A program made the translations under genes and the position numbers. 64,000 nucleotides of DNA, taken from Candidatus Binatia bacterium (GTDB lineage Bacteria; Desulfobacterota; Binatia; HRBIN30). Below are positions 48,070 to 57,185 of the stretch, piece by piece. The notes beneath the pieces were generated by a model. The model was not told where the DNA came from. It saw nothing but the letters and a program-made list of their open reading frames with translations, and did no database searches. Each line of letters begins with the position of its first letter. Position 1 is the stretch's first letter. The stretch covers positions 174,021 through 238,020 of the forward strand of contig JBBRSP010000006.1 of the NCBI GenBank assembly GCA_038245295.1, in the 5' to 3' direction.

Positions 48070-50129
48070 AGTGTCGAAAGAACGGGATGCCACGGCTGGG
48101 CTCAAGAGATCGGCTTCTTATCTTTTGCGGTGCCGGGATTTCTGTCGACGGACCTTCCCACCTGCCGAAGGCGGAAGAGCTCTCGCATCGGGTACTCGAC
48201 ATGCTTGTTGACCCCGGTGATCGAGTGGTGGACGCGCAAAGCCTTGAGCACCTTCGCTCGGCTGCCGACACGCTAAGGCTTGAGCTTGTTCTGGAACTGC
48301 TTGCTGATCACATGGATCCGCGGGTTCTGGTCGAGGTCTTCGCAATGTTACGATCGGCGCAGCCAAACCCAAATCATTTCGCGCTTGCCGCTGGGCAGTT
48401 TGATATTCTTACGACCAACCAAGATCTCTTGATCGAAGCTGCTGCTGCCACCCTGGATCTTCCATCGAACGTGCTGCATCTCCATGGTCGATGCGATCGA
48501 CCAACAACCATAATCACTTTGATCAGCCAATATGTTGCGGGCCTTCCAGAACCGCTGTCGCGTCAATTCAAACAGAAACTCGAGGAGAGGCATGTTCTTG
48601 TTCTCGGCTACAGCGGACGCGATCGCGATATCATGCCATTGATTGAGCACTCATCAGCCAAGCACATCGAGTGGATACTACATCCTGGCGCACCTGAATC
48701 GCCAGAACTGCGACGCCTTCGAAGCCGCCTGGGTGACCGCATAACCGTATGCTCGGAGTGGGCGTGTATGAGCCTCATGCGTCTGTTGACGTTGCGTCAA
48801 CGCGCCATGGTGCTCCGCGGGGTCAAAAAGCTTACGATGGAACCGGCCCTCCACGATCAGGTTCAGGTTTCAACACAATTTGCCTCAATCGGACGTCTGG
48901 AGCGAAATCTCGGGCTTGCCGCTGTCTTGCGGCATGCCTCATTTTACCGTGATGCTGAGCGAATATATGCGGCACTCGGCGGCACAGAAGATAACGCCCC
49001 CGCGTCGCTGCGCCTTGCAATCGCGTCGTCGCGCCTGTTTCAGCAGCACTTCGACGACGCTGTTTCGGGTTTTGACAGGGTGCTATCTACGCCCGGCGCT
49101 GGCTTTCATGAGCGCGCGGACGCACTACTTGGGAAAGTTGAGGCATTCCGCAATACCTCGCAGGGTGTTGCTGCGGTTCGCTCGTTGCGCGACTTGTTGC
49201 GGATTGCCGCCAAGATGCCGCGGGGCCGAAAGCGTGCTCGGTGTTTTGGGCGAGCAGCCAGTCACGCTGGCGGAATCGCCAGGGTCGACGGTAACCTTGC
49301 CGAAGCGGCCGTACAGTATTCCTCCGCAGTCGCCTGGTTTCGTCGCAGTAGAGATCTCGACGAGCAGCTAGAGAATAAATGCTGGCGAGGAGACGTTCTG
49401 AGGATGCGTGGACATTATCGACGCGCCCATGCCATGGTTTCAGACGTTCTCGAAGATTCGATGCTTTACGTCCGCCACCGCGTGCGTGCGTGGGCGTACC
49501 TCGTGAGCGCAGACATAGACTGTGGACGCGGCCAGATAGTGGAATCTGCTCGCTGGCTAGCACTTGCGGCCCAAGAGTTCAGTTCCTCGGAGAACCCTCA
49601 AGGCCTCGTGTGGACCGATCTCGTTCGAGCAACGTTATTGCGGACGAGGGGGGATCTCAGTGAGGCAGAGGGAGCACTCGACGATGCCGAGCGACGGAGT
49701 CGCGATGGCGCGGCTCCTCGGCATCTCGCGCAGGCGCGGTTGCATCTTGAGCGGGCCGAAGTGGCCCGAGGCAAGCATCAGGGGGACATGATCGGCCACC
49801 ATCTTCGACAGCTGACGGACCTTCTCCACTCGTCAAAACACTTCTCGACAAGACCTGAGTATCTCTACCTTCAAGCAGCGCTCGTGAACGCAGAATTCGA
49901 GCGTGATCGAGGTCGCGATATGGCAAACGACCTCTCTTCTCTTGGCGTGAAATTCGAAAGGCTCGGACTCAAGGGGTTATGCTCCCGCGCCTACGTAGCT
50001 GCATGGCTCAACGGTGGGGGCAAGTATCCTGTAGAACTGCTGCGTAGTTGTCGCGCTCACAACCGGCAGCATGAGGTAGCGCGACTCGAACGAGCGGAGG
50101 ATGGATTCTATCCTATTATTTTTGCATAG
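48066..50129 (+). CDS. SIR2_2-family (defence-type SIR2) domain protein with a C-terminal TPR-like helical repeat region
   Basis: LLIFCGAGISVDGPSHLP, ILTTNQDLLIE, VLHLHGRCD and VLGYSGRDRD match ThsA/DSR-type SIR2 motifs. The C-terminal ~430 aa are Ala/Leu/Arg-rich repeats. Confidence 0.65.
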   Translation: MKCRKNGMPRLGSRDRLLIFCGAGISVDGPSHLPKAEELSHRVLDMLVDPGDRVVDAQSLEHLRSAADTLRLELVLELLADHMDPRVLVEVFAMLRSAQPNPNHFALAAGQFDILTTNQDLLIEAAAATLDLPSNVLHLHGRCDRPTTIITLISQYVAGLPEPLSRQFKQKLEERHVLVLGYSGRDRDIMPLIEHSSAKHIEWILHPGAPESPELRRLRSRLGDRITVCSEWACMSLMRLLTLRQRAMVLRGVKKLTMEPALHDQVQVSTQFASIGRLERNLGLAAVLRHASFYRDAERIYAALGGTEDNAPASLRLAIASSRLFQQHFDDAVSGFDRVLSTPGAGFHERADALLGKVEAFRNTSQGVAAVRSLRDLLRIAAKMPRGRKRARCFGRAASHAGGIARVDGNLAEAAVQYSSAVAWFRRSRDLDEQLENKCWRGDVLRMRGHYRRAHAMVSDVLEDSMLYVRHRVRAWAYLVSADIDCGRGQIVESARWLALAAQEFSSSENPQGLVWTDLVRATLLRTRGDLSEAEGALDDAERRSRDGAAPRHLAQARLHLERAEVARGKHQGDMIGHHLRQLTDLLHSSKHFSTRPEYLYLQAALVNAEFERDRGRDMANDLSSLGVKFERLGLKGLCSRAYVAAWLNGGGKYPVELLRSCRAHNRQHEVARLERAEDGFYPIIFA

Positions 50130-50254
50130 TGTTGAACGGAATCCAAAAGCCACCCAATAGCTAAATAGGCCCCGGGGGCCTAAATTAATGCATTTTGCCA
50201 GTTGTCATGAGCGGATGCGATTTACCAATCCCGCGGGAAACCGCTAACTTGCGC

Positions 50255-50288
50255 TAGGAAGCGCTGGCCGCTCACGGGTTCGATTCCC
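50255..50288 (+). other. tRNA/tmRNA 3'-end-like fragment (T-arm plus acceptor 3' strand). Probable att core.
   Basis: CACGGGTTCGATTCCCCCCGCCTCCAC. A T-loop TTCGATT is flanked by a G/C stem. It resembles a tmRNA/tRNA 3' end, but no complete cloverleaf exists upstream. Its complement encodes the recombinase C-terminus. Confidence 0.4.
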
Positions 50289-51954
50289 CCCGCCTCCACT
50301 TTCGCAATGTATTCGAACCGGACTCCGGATCACCTGATTCGGGGTCCGCGTCCAACAAAGCCAATACATCGAGGCTCGAGTGGGCTCGGTAGTATGGTCG
50401 GCCGATTTCGCCCTTGGTCGGCTCCAAACGGACTGGTCCCAGCACTTTCCGCAGGATGAGCGCCGCCGGCGCCGTGCGACGCTCCAGGATCTCCTGGATG
50501 CGAGCGAGTCTTTCCTCGATCCATACTCTCGGCGGCGGGGTGAGCGTGTCCTCACAGCTGCGTCGCATCATTTCGAGCTCGTCGCTCAGGTCTTTGGCCC
50601 GTCTCTCGGCCTGTGATAGCGCGTCAGCCAGCGTGCGGGTCCCGCGTCCTTCACCGATGAACTCGATAAAGTTGTGAATCCTCCGCTCCTCCGCCTGAAG
50701 ATCGGCTTCCTTCAATCGCACCGCATTCGGCAAGTCCGCAGTCAGGCGACCAACTTCTTCGCTGGCACGGCGGAGCACGTATTCGATGTTGCCCGGCTGG
50801 ATGATGTGCTCGTGCAGCTCGCTCAGAATGACTCGCTCGACGAGTTTTCGCTTCACGAGAAGCCGGTTATTGCAACCGCGCTTCGCCGCCGTCAGGCAAC
50901 CATAGTAGCCACCGTCCTTGCCACTCACCTGGGCAATGGTCTTCCCACAGCAGCTGCAGAGCATCGATCCGGACAACAAATGAGTCGGATAGACGCGTGT
51001 GCGAGATCCGTGCTGCACCTCAAAGCCGCGCTTTCCTTTCTGTCCCGGCCAGATTTTTGCGACTTCAGTCAGCCGCGTTTGGACGCTGTCCCATACGTCT
51101 TGTGGAACGACGCGCAGGGCTTCATCCGCATTGACCATCCAGGAGGATTCGGGCTTGGCAAACTTGCGGCGGCGCCCGTTGGTGGGGTCGCGGCGCGTCT
51201 CGGTCCGATTCCAAACCCAGCGGCCGATATATTTCTCGTTGCGCAGCATGCGCGTGATGGTGGCGGGTGACCATGCCTTGGCGCGCCGCAGCTGTCCCGC
51301 GACGTTGTCTTGGTTGAGACGCTTCACAATGTGAGTAAGGGCCTTGCCCGCGGCGAAGCTACTGAAGATGTCTTGTACGATCGCGGCTTCACGTGGCTCA
51401 ACCGTCATCTTGTATCCGTCAGGACGCGGACGTCCCTTCTTGTCCATACGGATCGTGCCGACGGGGATAGATCGGTAGCCAAAGGTCCGTTCACCAACTG
51501 AGAACCCCCGTTCCTTCTGGCCGATCTGCCCACGCAGCGTCTTCTTCCGCAGGTCGCGCAGCTGCAGTTCGTTGAAGATGCCGCGTATCTGAATGCCCAA
51601 TGCTGCCTCGTCATCATCGCTGTCGAGCCCGTCAGCGACGGAGATGACGCGCACGCCGCTGAAGCGCAGTTGCGCGAGCACCGAGAGCATGAGGTAGTTG
51701 TCGCGAGCCAGACGAGACAGATCGTCGATGAGGACAGCCTCGAAAGCGCCGCTTTCGCTCGCCGCAACCAGCTGCTTGAGACCCGTCCGATCGCGGCGGG
51801 CGCCCGATGCGGCCTCGTCTGCGTAAACATGGTCATCAAGAACTTGTATCCCTCGGGTCAGAGCGAACTTGCGGCAGGACGAGACCTGGTCGGTGATGCT
51901 CTCCGGCCGTTGGTCTTCAGCGCTCGTGAGAATTGACCCACTTGCGCTCGGCAA
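50272..51954 (-). CDS. Large serine recombinase (resolvase/invertase catalytic domain, recombinase domain, zinc ribbon, coiled coil)
   Basis: N-terminus (TTG)PSASGSILTSAEDQ...ADEAASG...LIDDLSRLARD (catalytic Ser/resolvase fold). Central GYRSIPVG and C-terminal CxxC...CxxC region. The ORF's upstream S/T/P-rich extension was rejected. The likely TTG start at 51954 lies inside repeat copy C. Confidence 0.75.
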   Translation of the reverse strand: MPSASGSILTSAEDQRPESITDQVSSCRKFALTRGIQVLDDHVYADEAASGARRDRTGLKQLVAASESGAFEAVLIDDLSRLARDNYLMLSVLAQLRFSGVRVISVADGLDSDDDEAALGIQIRGIFNELQLRDLRKKTLRGQIGQKERGFSVGERTFGYRSIPVGTIRMDKKGRPRPDGYKMTVEPREAAIVQDIFSSFAAGKALTHIVKRLNQDNVAGQLRRAKAWSPATITRMLRNEKYIGRWVWNRTETRRDPTNGRRRKFAKPESSWMVNADEALRVVPQDVWDSVQTRLTEVAKIWPGQKGKRGFEVQHGSRTRVYPTHLLSGSMLCSCCGKTIAQVSGKDGGYYGCLTAAKRGCNNRLLVKRKLVERVILSELHEHIIQPGNIEYVLRRASEEVGRLTADLPNAVRLKEADLQAEERRIHNFIEFIGEGRGTRTLADALSQAERRAKDLSDELEMMRRSCEDTLTPPPRVWIEERLARIQEILERRTAPAALILRKVLGPVRLEPTKGEIGRPYYRAHSSLDVLALLDADPESGDPESGSNTLRKWRRGESNP

Positions 51955-51968
51955 AGTTGACCCAGTCG
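51915..51968. repeat. ~54-bp repeat (copy C), direct to copy A and inverted to copy B. Spans the serine recombinase start codon.
   Basis: CTTCAGCGCTCGTGAGAATTGACCCACTTGCGCTCGGCAAAGTTGACCCAGTCG. Confidence 0.65.
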
Positions 51969-52102
51969 AAGTTTTGGAAAGCGGAGACGATTCTGAGTCT
52001 GCGATCGCCGATGGCACTGCGGTGCACGTCGCCGGGGCCGATGCAGGCGTAGATGAGACGGAGTTGAGGTGGGTGGAGTGTGATGTTGCCGGGCGAAGCG
52101 GA

Positions 52103-52846
52103 TTACTCCTGCGGCGGGCGCAGGGATGTGCCGGTGATGCGCACGGTGGTGCAGTGGTGACGCAGGCGACTGAGTAGGGCGTCGACCATGTTTTTCTGCC
52201 CGAGGAATTCGTACCACTGCTCGTAGTCGAGGTTGGTGGTGATGATCGTTGACTTACGCCGGTAGCGCTCCTCCATGAGCTTGAAGAAAATGTTGGACTG
52301 CTCGGGGCGCAGATTGAGATACCCAAGCTCGTCAATGAGTAGGACGTCGATACGCAGCAGGCGATCGACGAGCTTGCGCGAGGAGCGATCGGCAAGGCTG
52401 GCGTACATCTCGTCGAATAGATCCTGGGCTTTGACGAAGAGCCCGCGGTAGCCGTTCTCCAGCGCTTTGATCAGAATGCCGGTGGCGAGGCCCGTTTTAC
52501 CGACGGCGGTTTCTCCGACAAACACGACGTTGGCGGCGCGGCTGACGAAGTCGAGCTCGGCAAGCTGGCGGATCTGCGTGCGGTTGACCCCAGGCTGCTG
52601 GTCGAAGGGGAAGGTCTCGATGGTCCAGCGCTCGGGAAGCCGAGCTTGGTCGATGCGGTACTTCATCGACTGCTCGCGCCGGTAGAGGTACTCCTCGCGA
52701 AACAGCCGGGCCAGCACCTCGCGCACCGTCGAGCCCTGCTTCTCGGCCCGCTCCAACTCGCGCTCGATGATCTTGCCGATCTGCTTGAGCTTGAGGGAAG
52801 CGCACAGTTGGTCGAGGTCGTCGTCAGATCTGTTTGCCGTCGTCAT
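52103..52846 (-). CDS. istB: IS21-family IstB ATP-binding helper protein
   Basis: Walker A VFVGETAVGKTGLA, LLIDELGY and the C-terminal pattern. Start MTTANRS at 52846. An upstream istA is represented only by a C-terminal remnant (about 52850-53250). Confidence 0.75.
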   Translation of the reverse strand: MTTANRSDDDLDQLCASLKLKQIGKIIERELERAEKQGSTVREVLARLFREEYLYRREQSMKYRIDQARLPERWTIETFPFDQQPGVNRTQIRQLAELDFVSRAANVVFVGETAVGKTGLATGILIKALENGYRGLFVKAQDLFDEMYASLADRSSRKLVDRLLRIDVLLIDELGYLNLRPEQSNIFFKLMEERYRRKSTIITTNLDYEQWYEFLGQKNMVDALLSRLRHHCTTVRITGTSLRPPQE

Positions 52847-53250
52847 CGTCGTTTCCTGTGTTGGCTGGGGTGAGGCGGAAGTAGTCGCCGGCGATCTGCT
52901 TGAGCAGCAGCTTCTCCAGCCGCACGAGATCGGTGAGCCCGTAGCCGCAACAGGAAAAGGGGATGACCCCCATTTCGCAGTCTCAACGGCAGAGCCGAAC
53001 GGCGAGTTCAAGCGATATATCTTGCGCGTACCACCAGAGATGAAGACGGCAAAAGAAGCCGTCGCATGGACGTTCGGCCTTACGGCGGACGAGTATTGTC
53101 CGCGGGTTGAGTCGTGATCGACGTCGGGGACGAGAGAGCATTGGCGGGTAGGCCGGGCAATGCATGGGGGCACCGGCCGGGACGTTGTGAGGTTCCTCAA
53201 CTCTCGAAGACTTACGAAAGTTCCAGCAACTTCCCCATTCGCCAACACCG
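52103..53250 (-). mobile_element. IS21-family remnant (intact istB, truncated istA)
   Basis: The istB ORF is preceded by only a short istA-derived reading frame. The insertion abuts the truncated cyclase gene. Confidence 0.5.
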
Positions 53251-53288
53251 AGCCTTAGAGCGATGAAAGCCGCCCCGAAAACATCGAT

Positions 53289-55619
53289 CTAAGGCCAAAA
53301 ACGAGGCCGGTTTTCGATGATTGGTTTATGATTTCCGCCGAGTACAGTGGTCCGACCCGGGAAAAGCCCCCCCTGCGACCAGTGACGGCGCGACGCGGCC
53401 AGGTCGCTAGCCCGGACCCAGCGTGCGGCGCGCACATGCCAGGTGGCGGCGCGCAGGGCGTCGCCCGCTTCCGTCCAGTGATGCGCCAACAGGCCGGCGT
53501 GCTCGTCGAGACGCTCGGCGTGGGCGGCCGCGATCGCCTCGGCGACCGACGCGTGACGCGCCCGCCGCGCCGAGACGAGCTGAGCGCCCAGGGCCACCTC
53601 GTGCGTCAGCGGATGCTTGAAGGCGTACTCCGCCACCGGATAGAGGGCGCGCTCGCGCACCAGCTCGGTGGCGAGCAGCGCCGTCAGCGCCGTCTCGAGA
53701 TCGTCGCCGCGGATCTCGATCACTGCCTCGAGCAGCGGCCGCAGGAACTCCTTGCCGATGACGGCCGCGGTGTAGAGCAGCAACTTCTCGCGCGCGCCGA
53801 GGCGGTCGATGCGCGCCGCCAGCAGCGATTGCACTGTCGCCGGCACCTGCAGCGCGTCGATCGCCGTCGCCAGCTCGTAGGCGCCGCGCACACCGACGAG
53901 GCGGCCGGTGTCGAGCAGCGAGAGGACGATCTCCTCGGCGAAGAATGGGTTGCCGCCGGAGCGCGCCCCGACGAGAGCCGGAAGCCCCGCCACCGACGGG
54001 CTCGAACCGACCCAGTCGCGCACCAGGTCCGCCAGCGCCTCGGCGCCGAGCGGCGCCATCGGCAGTTGCAGCACCCACGACTTACGCGTCCAGTCCGCCT
54101 GATACTCGGGGCGGAAGTTCACCAGCAGCAGCGTGCGCGTGGCGCTCACCGCCTCGACGATCTGCGCCAGGAAGAGGTCGCTGCCGGGATCGATCCAGTG
54201 CAGGTCGTCGACCAGCAACACGATCGGCTCGGCCTCGGTGCGCAATTGAATGAGGCGGCGCAGGAAGGTGAACAGGCGGCGCTGGCGCACCGCGGGCTCG
54301 AGCTGGAGAGGCGGTGCCTTCGGATCGCCGACGCCGAGGAAGTCGAGCACCAAGGCGCGGTCGTCGGCGAAGGCGTCGTCGAGCAGCGCCAGCTCGCCGG
54401 CGATCTTCGGCCGCGCCTCGCGCGGCCCGTCCTGATCGGTGATGCCGAAGAGATTGCGCAGCAGCTCGAGCAGCGGCAGATACGGGATCGTCTTGCCGTG
54501 CGCCGGGCAGTGGGCCTCGTAGACGACGAGTCCGCGGGCGCGGCAGCTCTCGACGAACTCGGCGCAGAGGCGGCTCTTGCCGACCCCTGCCTCGCCGATG
54601 ACGGCGGCGACGCGTCCGGTGCCCTCGAGCGAGCGCGCCAGCGCCAACCCCAGCGCCTCCATCTCGCTGCGGCGTCCTACGAAGCGCGACAGCCCGCGCG
54701 CCCGCGAGGTATCGAGGCGGGTGCGGTGGCTGCCCACTCCTTCCAACACGAACACCCCCACCGGCTGGCGCGATCCCTTCACCTGCAGCGGCCCGAGCGA
54801 GCGGGCGGCAAAGTAACCGTCGACGTGCTTCTGCGTGTGCTGCGACAGCGCGATACCGTCCGCCGGCGCGAGCTGCTCCATGCGCTGCGCCAGGCCGACC
54901 GTGTGCCCCTGCGCCGTGTAGTCCATGCGCAGATCGTCGCCGATCTTGCCGACGATCACCTCGCCTGAGTTGAGGCCGAGGCGAAAGGAGAAGTTGACGC
55001 CCGGGTCGAGGCGCAGCTCGTCGGCGTACGCCCGCAGGCGATCGCGCAGATGCAGCGCCGCGTAGCAGGCGCGCTGGGCGTGGTCCTCGTGCGCGATCGG
55101 CGCGCCGAAGAGAGCCATGATGCCGTCGCCGGTATACTGGTTCACCGTGCCCTCGAAGCGATGCACGCCTTCGGTGAGAATCTGGAAGAAGCGGTCGAGG
55201 ATCGTGTGCCACTCCTCCGGATCGAGCTGCTCGGCCAACTCCATCGAGCCCTTGACGTCGGCGAACAGGACGGTGACCTGCTTGCGTTCGCCTTCGAGGG
55301 CCGACTTCGATTGCAGGATTTTATCGGCGAGGTGTTTTGGGGTGTAGGCGCGTGGCGAGAGGTTGTTGGTTGTTCGTAAGGAAGGACTGACCGGCGCGCC
55401 CGCCATCGTGGCCGATGCCACGGACGACGAGGGATCACCGTTGAGCTCGGCAATCGCCTTGAGCAATTTCTTGCGGTGGCCCATCGAGACGCCGAGCTTC
55501 TCGAGGTCCTGCTCCGACAGGCTCGGCAGGATATCCAGATCGATGTCGTCGGCTTCGAATCGATCGCCGTATTGATCGAGCCCCAGCTTCTCCAGCCACT
55601 GGCGGATTGGGCCGCTCAT
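53289..55619 (-). pseudogene. SAM domain, class III adenylate/guanylate cyclase, STAND/AAA ATPase (TPR) protein, C-terminally truncated
   Basis: N-terminal SAM (LEKLGLDQYGDRFEADDIDLDILPSLSEQDLEKLGV). CHD cyclase (VTVLFADVKGS...TGDGIMALFGAP). P-loop AAVIGEAGVGKSRL. The reading frame terminates in IS-derived sequence next to the IS21 remnant. Confidence 0.55.
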
Positions 55620-55899
55620 GTGGCCAGCTCGCTCAGCAGCGTCTTGGCGTCCTTCAGATCGCGCCTGTCGAAGCCTTCCGCACTCCGGAGGCCTCCGGCG
55701 GACGTGTCGGTGAGCCGGACGTAGAGCACGGCGAGGAGAGCGCGAATACGGGTCTCCAGTTCATGATTCGAGCTTTCGCACATCGTCCGATACTTACCCT
55801 CTATGTGGCTCACAGCCAAATCGGGCGTTTGTTCGGGCTATCCGCCGTGAAGGCCGCGAGCTATTCCCTGCGAGCCGTTGGACTGCAGGACACGCCGCG

Positions 55900-56301
55900 T
55901 CATCGCGTTCCCCCAGATCCACTCGCTTTAGCACGGGCGATCATGAACGCGACCGCGTCGTTCATGCCAACGGGTTCGAGCTTCATCTCCGGGTGGTGAC
56001 GCGCGAAGATACGAAACACTTCGTCGCAGAAGCCCTGGCCGACGACATCTACGCCGCTGAAATCCAGCACCGCTTGCTCAAACTCGCTCAGCCGCTGGAC
56101 AACCCAGCGCGCCTCCGAGCGCGAGATCAGTGCGGATCCCAGGCTGCTCAGTCGCACCGTCGTGCACGTGCGGGTGAATCTGAGCTTGGCCGGGTCGGTG
56201 AAGGGGCGGAAGACTTCCTCAATCGGACCGGGCTGGCGATAGTTTTTCCACCATTGTTTGGATGCGGCCTCGGCAATGAGGACAACAACGGCGTCTTCCA
56301 T
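55900..56301 (-). CDS. STAS-like (DUF4325-type) domain protein
   Basis: Start MEDAVVVL. LDFSGVDVVGQGFCDEVFRIF pattern. Confidence 0.45.
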   Translation of the reverse strand: MEDAVVVLIAEAASKQWWKNYRQPGPIEEVFRPFTDPAKLRFTRTCTTVRLSSLGSALISRSEARWVVQRLSEFEQAVLDFSGVDVVGQGFCDEVFRIFARHHPEMKLEPVGMNDAVAFMIARAKASGSGGTR

Positions 56302-56632
56302 CTTATGATAACCGACAGGGATGGTTAGCGGCGACCGGTCTTGCGTCCGGTGACGGTGATCAACATGAGCCCAGGGCTGAGGAGCCGATGGAACGGCAAC
56401 CGCAGGATCGCCGCCACGACGCCGTTCAGGCGGGTCGATAACTCCGGGCAAAGCCGGTCTGGCCACATTTACCGCCAATAACTCGCAGATCATCCTCCGG
56501 TGCATGTATCAATTCGCCGACAAGTCCCCTACTCAGGCGACAATGATGGCCATGGGGACGATGCCGGCGACCACATCCGTCCGGCGTTCGCCGCGCTATC
56601 CGGCCGCGAACGAGCCTGGTACGGTCGCCGCC

Positions 56633-57067
56633 ATGACGGCTTGGATTTGTATGGCGCTGGCGGTGATCGCTGGGCTTGCCCTCGGGGTGCAGGGGCCGGC
56701 GAATGGGGCGTTGGCGCGCACGTGGGACTTCTGGCGCGCTGTGACTTTGAACGGTTTCGTGGTTCTGCTGGCGACCGCTGTCGGCATGGTGCTGACACGT
56801 GGCGGCGCCCCGGTTCCCGGGCGGGCGCCATGCTCGCAGATGATTGGCGGGTTATGCGGTGCCGTCGTGATCTGCTCAGCCGCCTATGTCGTGCCGCGTC
56901 TCGGGGCGGCGAAGTTCAATGTTGGGTTGGTGTTCGGGATGCTCGTCGCGGCAGCGTTGGTCGATCATTACGGGTGGTTTGGTCAGGTGGTGCAGCCGCT
57001 CACTGTGAGTAAAATTGCCGGGCTTGGTTTGGTGGTTGCCGGTGTGGCTGTGATGCGGTTGATGTGA
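56633..57067 (+). CDS. DUF606/YdcZ-like DMT-superfamily membrane transporter
   Basis: Four predicted TM helices. GVQGPANGALAR motif. Confidence 0.45.
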   Translation: MTAWICMALAVIAGLALGVQGPANGALARTWDFWRAVTLNGFVVLLATAVGMVLTRGGAPVPGRAPCSQMIGGLCGAVVICSAAYVVPRLGAAKFNVGLVFGMLVAAALVDHYGWFGQVVQPLTVSKIAGLGLVVAGVAVMRLM

Positions 57068-57185
57068 AGGCGGCGGCAGGCCGGCTGCGCCCGCGCCTGA
57101 CCGACGACACTTGAGGCGCCGCTCGGCGGTGGCTACGGCCTGCGCAAAAGAATCGACCTGGCCCCACCAAGCAAGGAGATGCCCC

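Noticed and set aside
50196-50288. Possible complete tRNA or tmRNA gene
   Set aside because: Only a T-arm/acceptor 3' half is recognisable. No D-arm or 7-nt anticodon loop is present, and the upstream 5' acceptor does not pair. There is no tmRNA tag ORF upstream. It is treated as an att fragment.
51955-52395. 170-aa S/T/P-rich N-terminal extension of the serine recombinase ORF
   Set aside because: The catalytic N-terminus (ILTSAEDQ..., equivalent to AIYARVSTxxQ) begins about 8 codons after a TTG at 51954. The upstream extension overlaps the IS21 istB 3' end and lacks any fold signal.
53328-55212. ORFs 53328-54968 (+), 54082-55212 (-) and 53407-54078 (-) inside the cyclase-STAND gene
   Set aside because: They are alternative-frame or antisense to a gene with clear SAM, CHD-cyclase and P-loop motifs. 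Their composition (R/A/G/P-rich) is typical of spurious high-GC ORFs.
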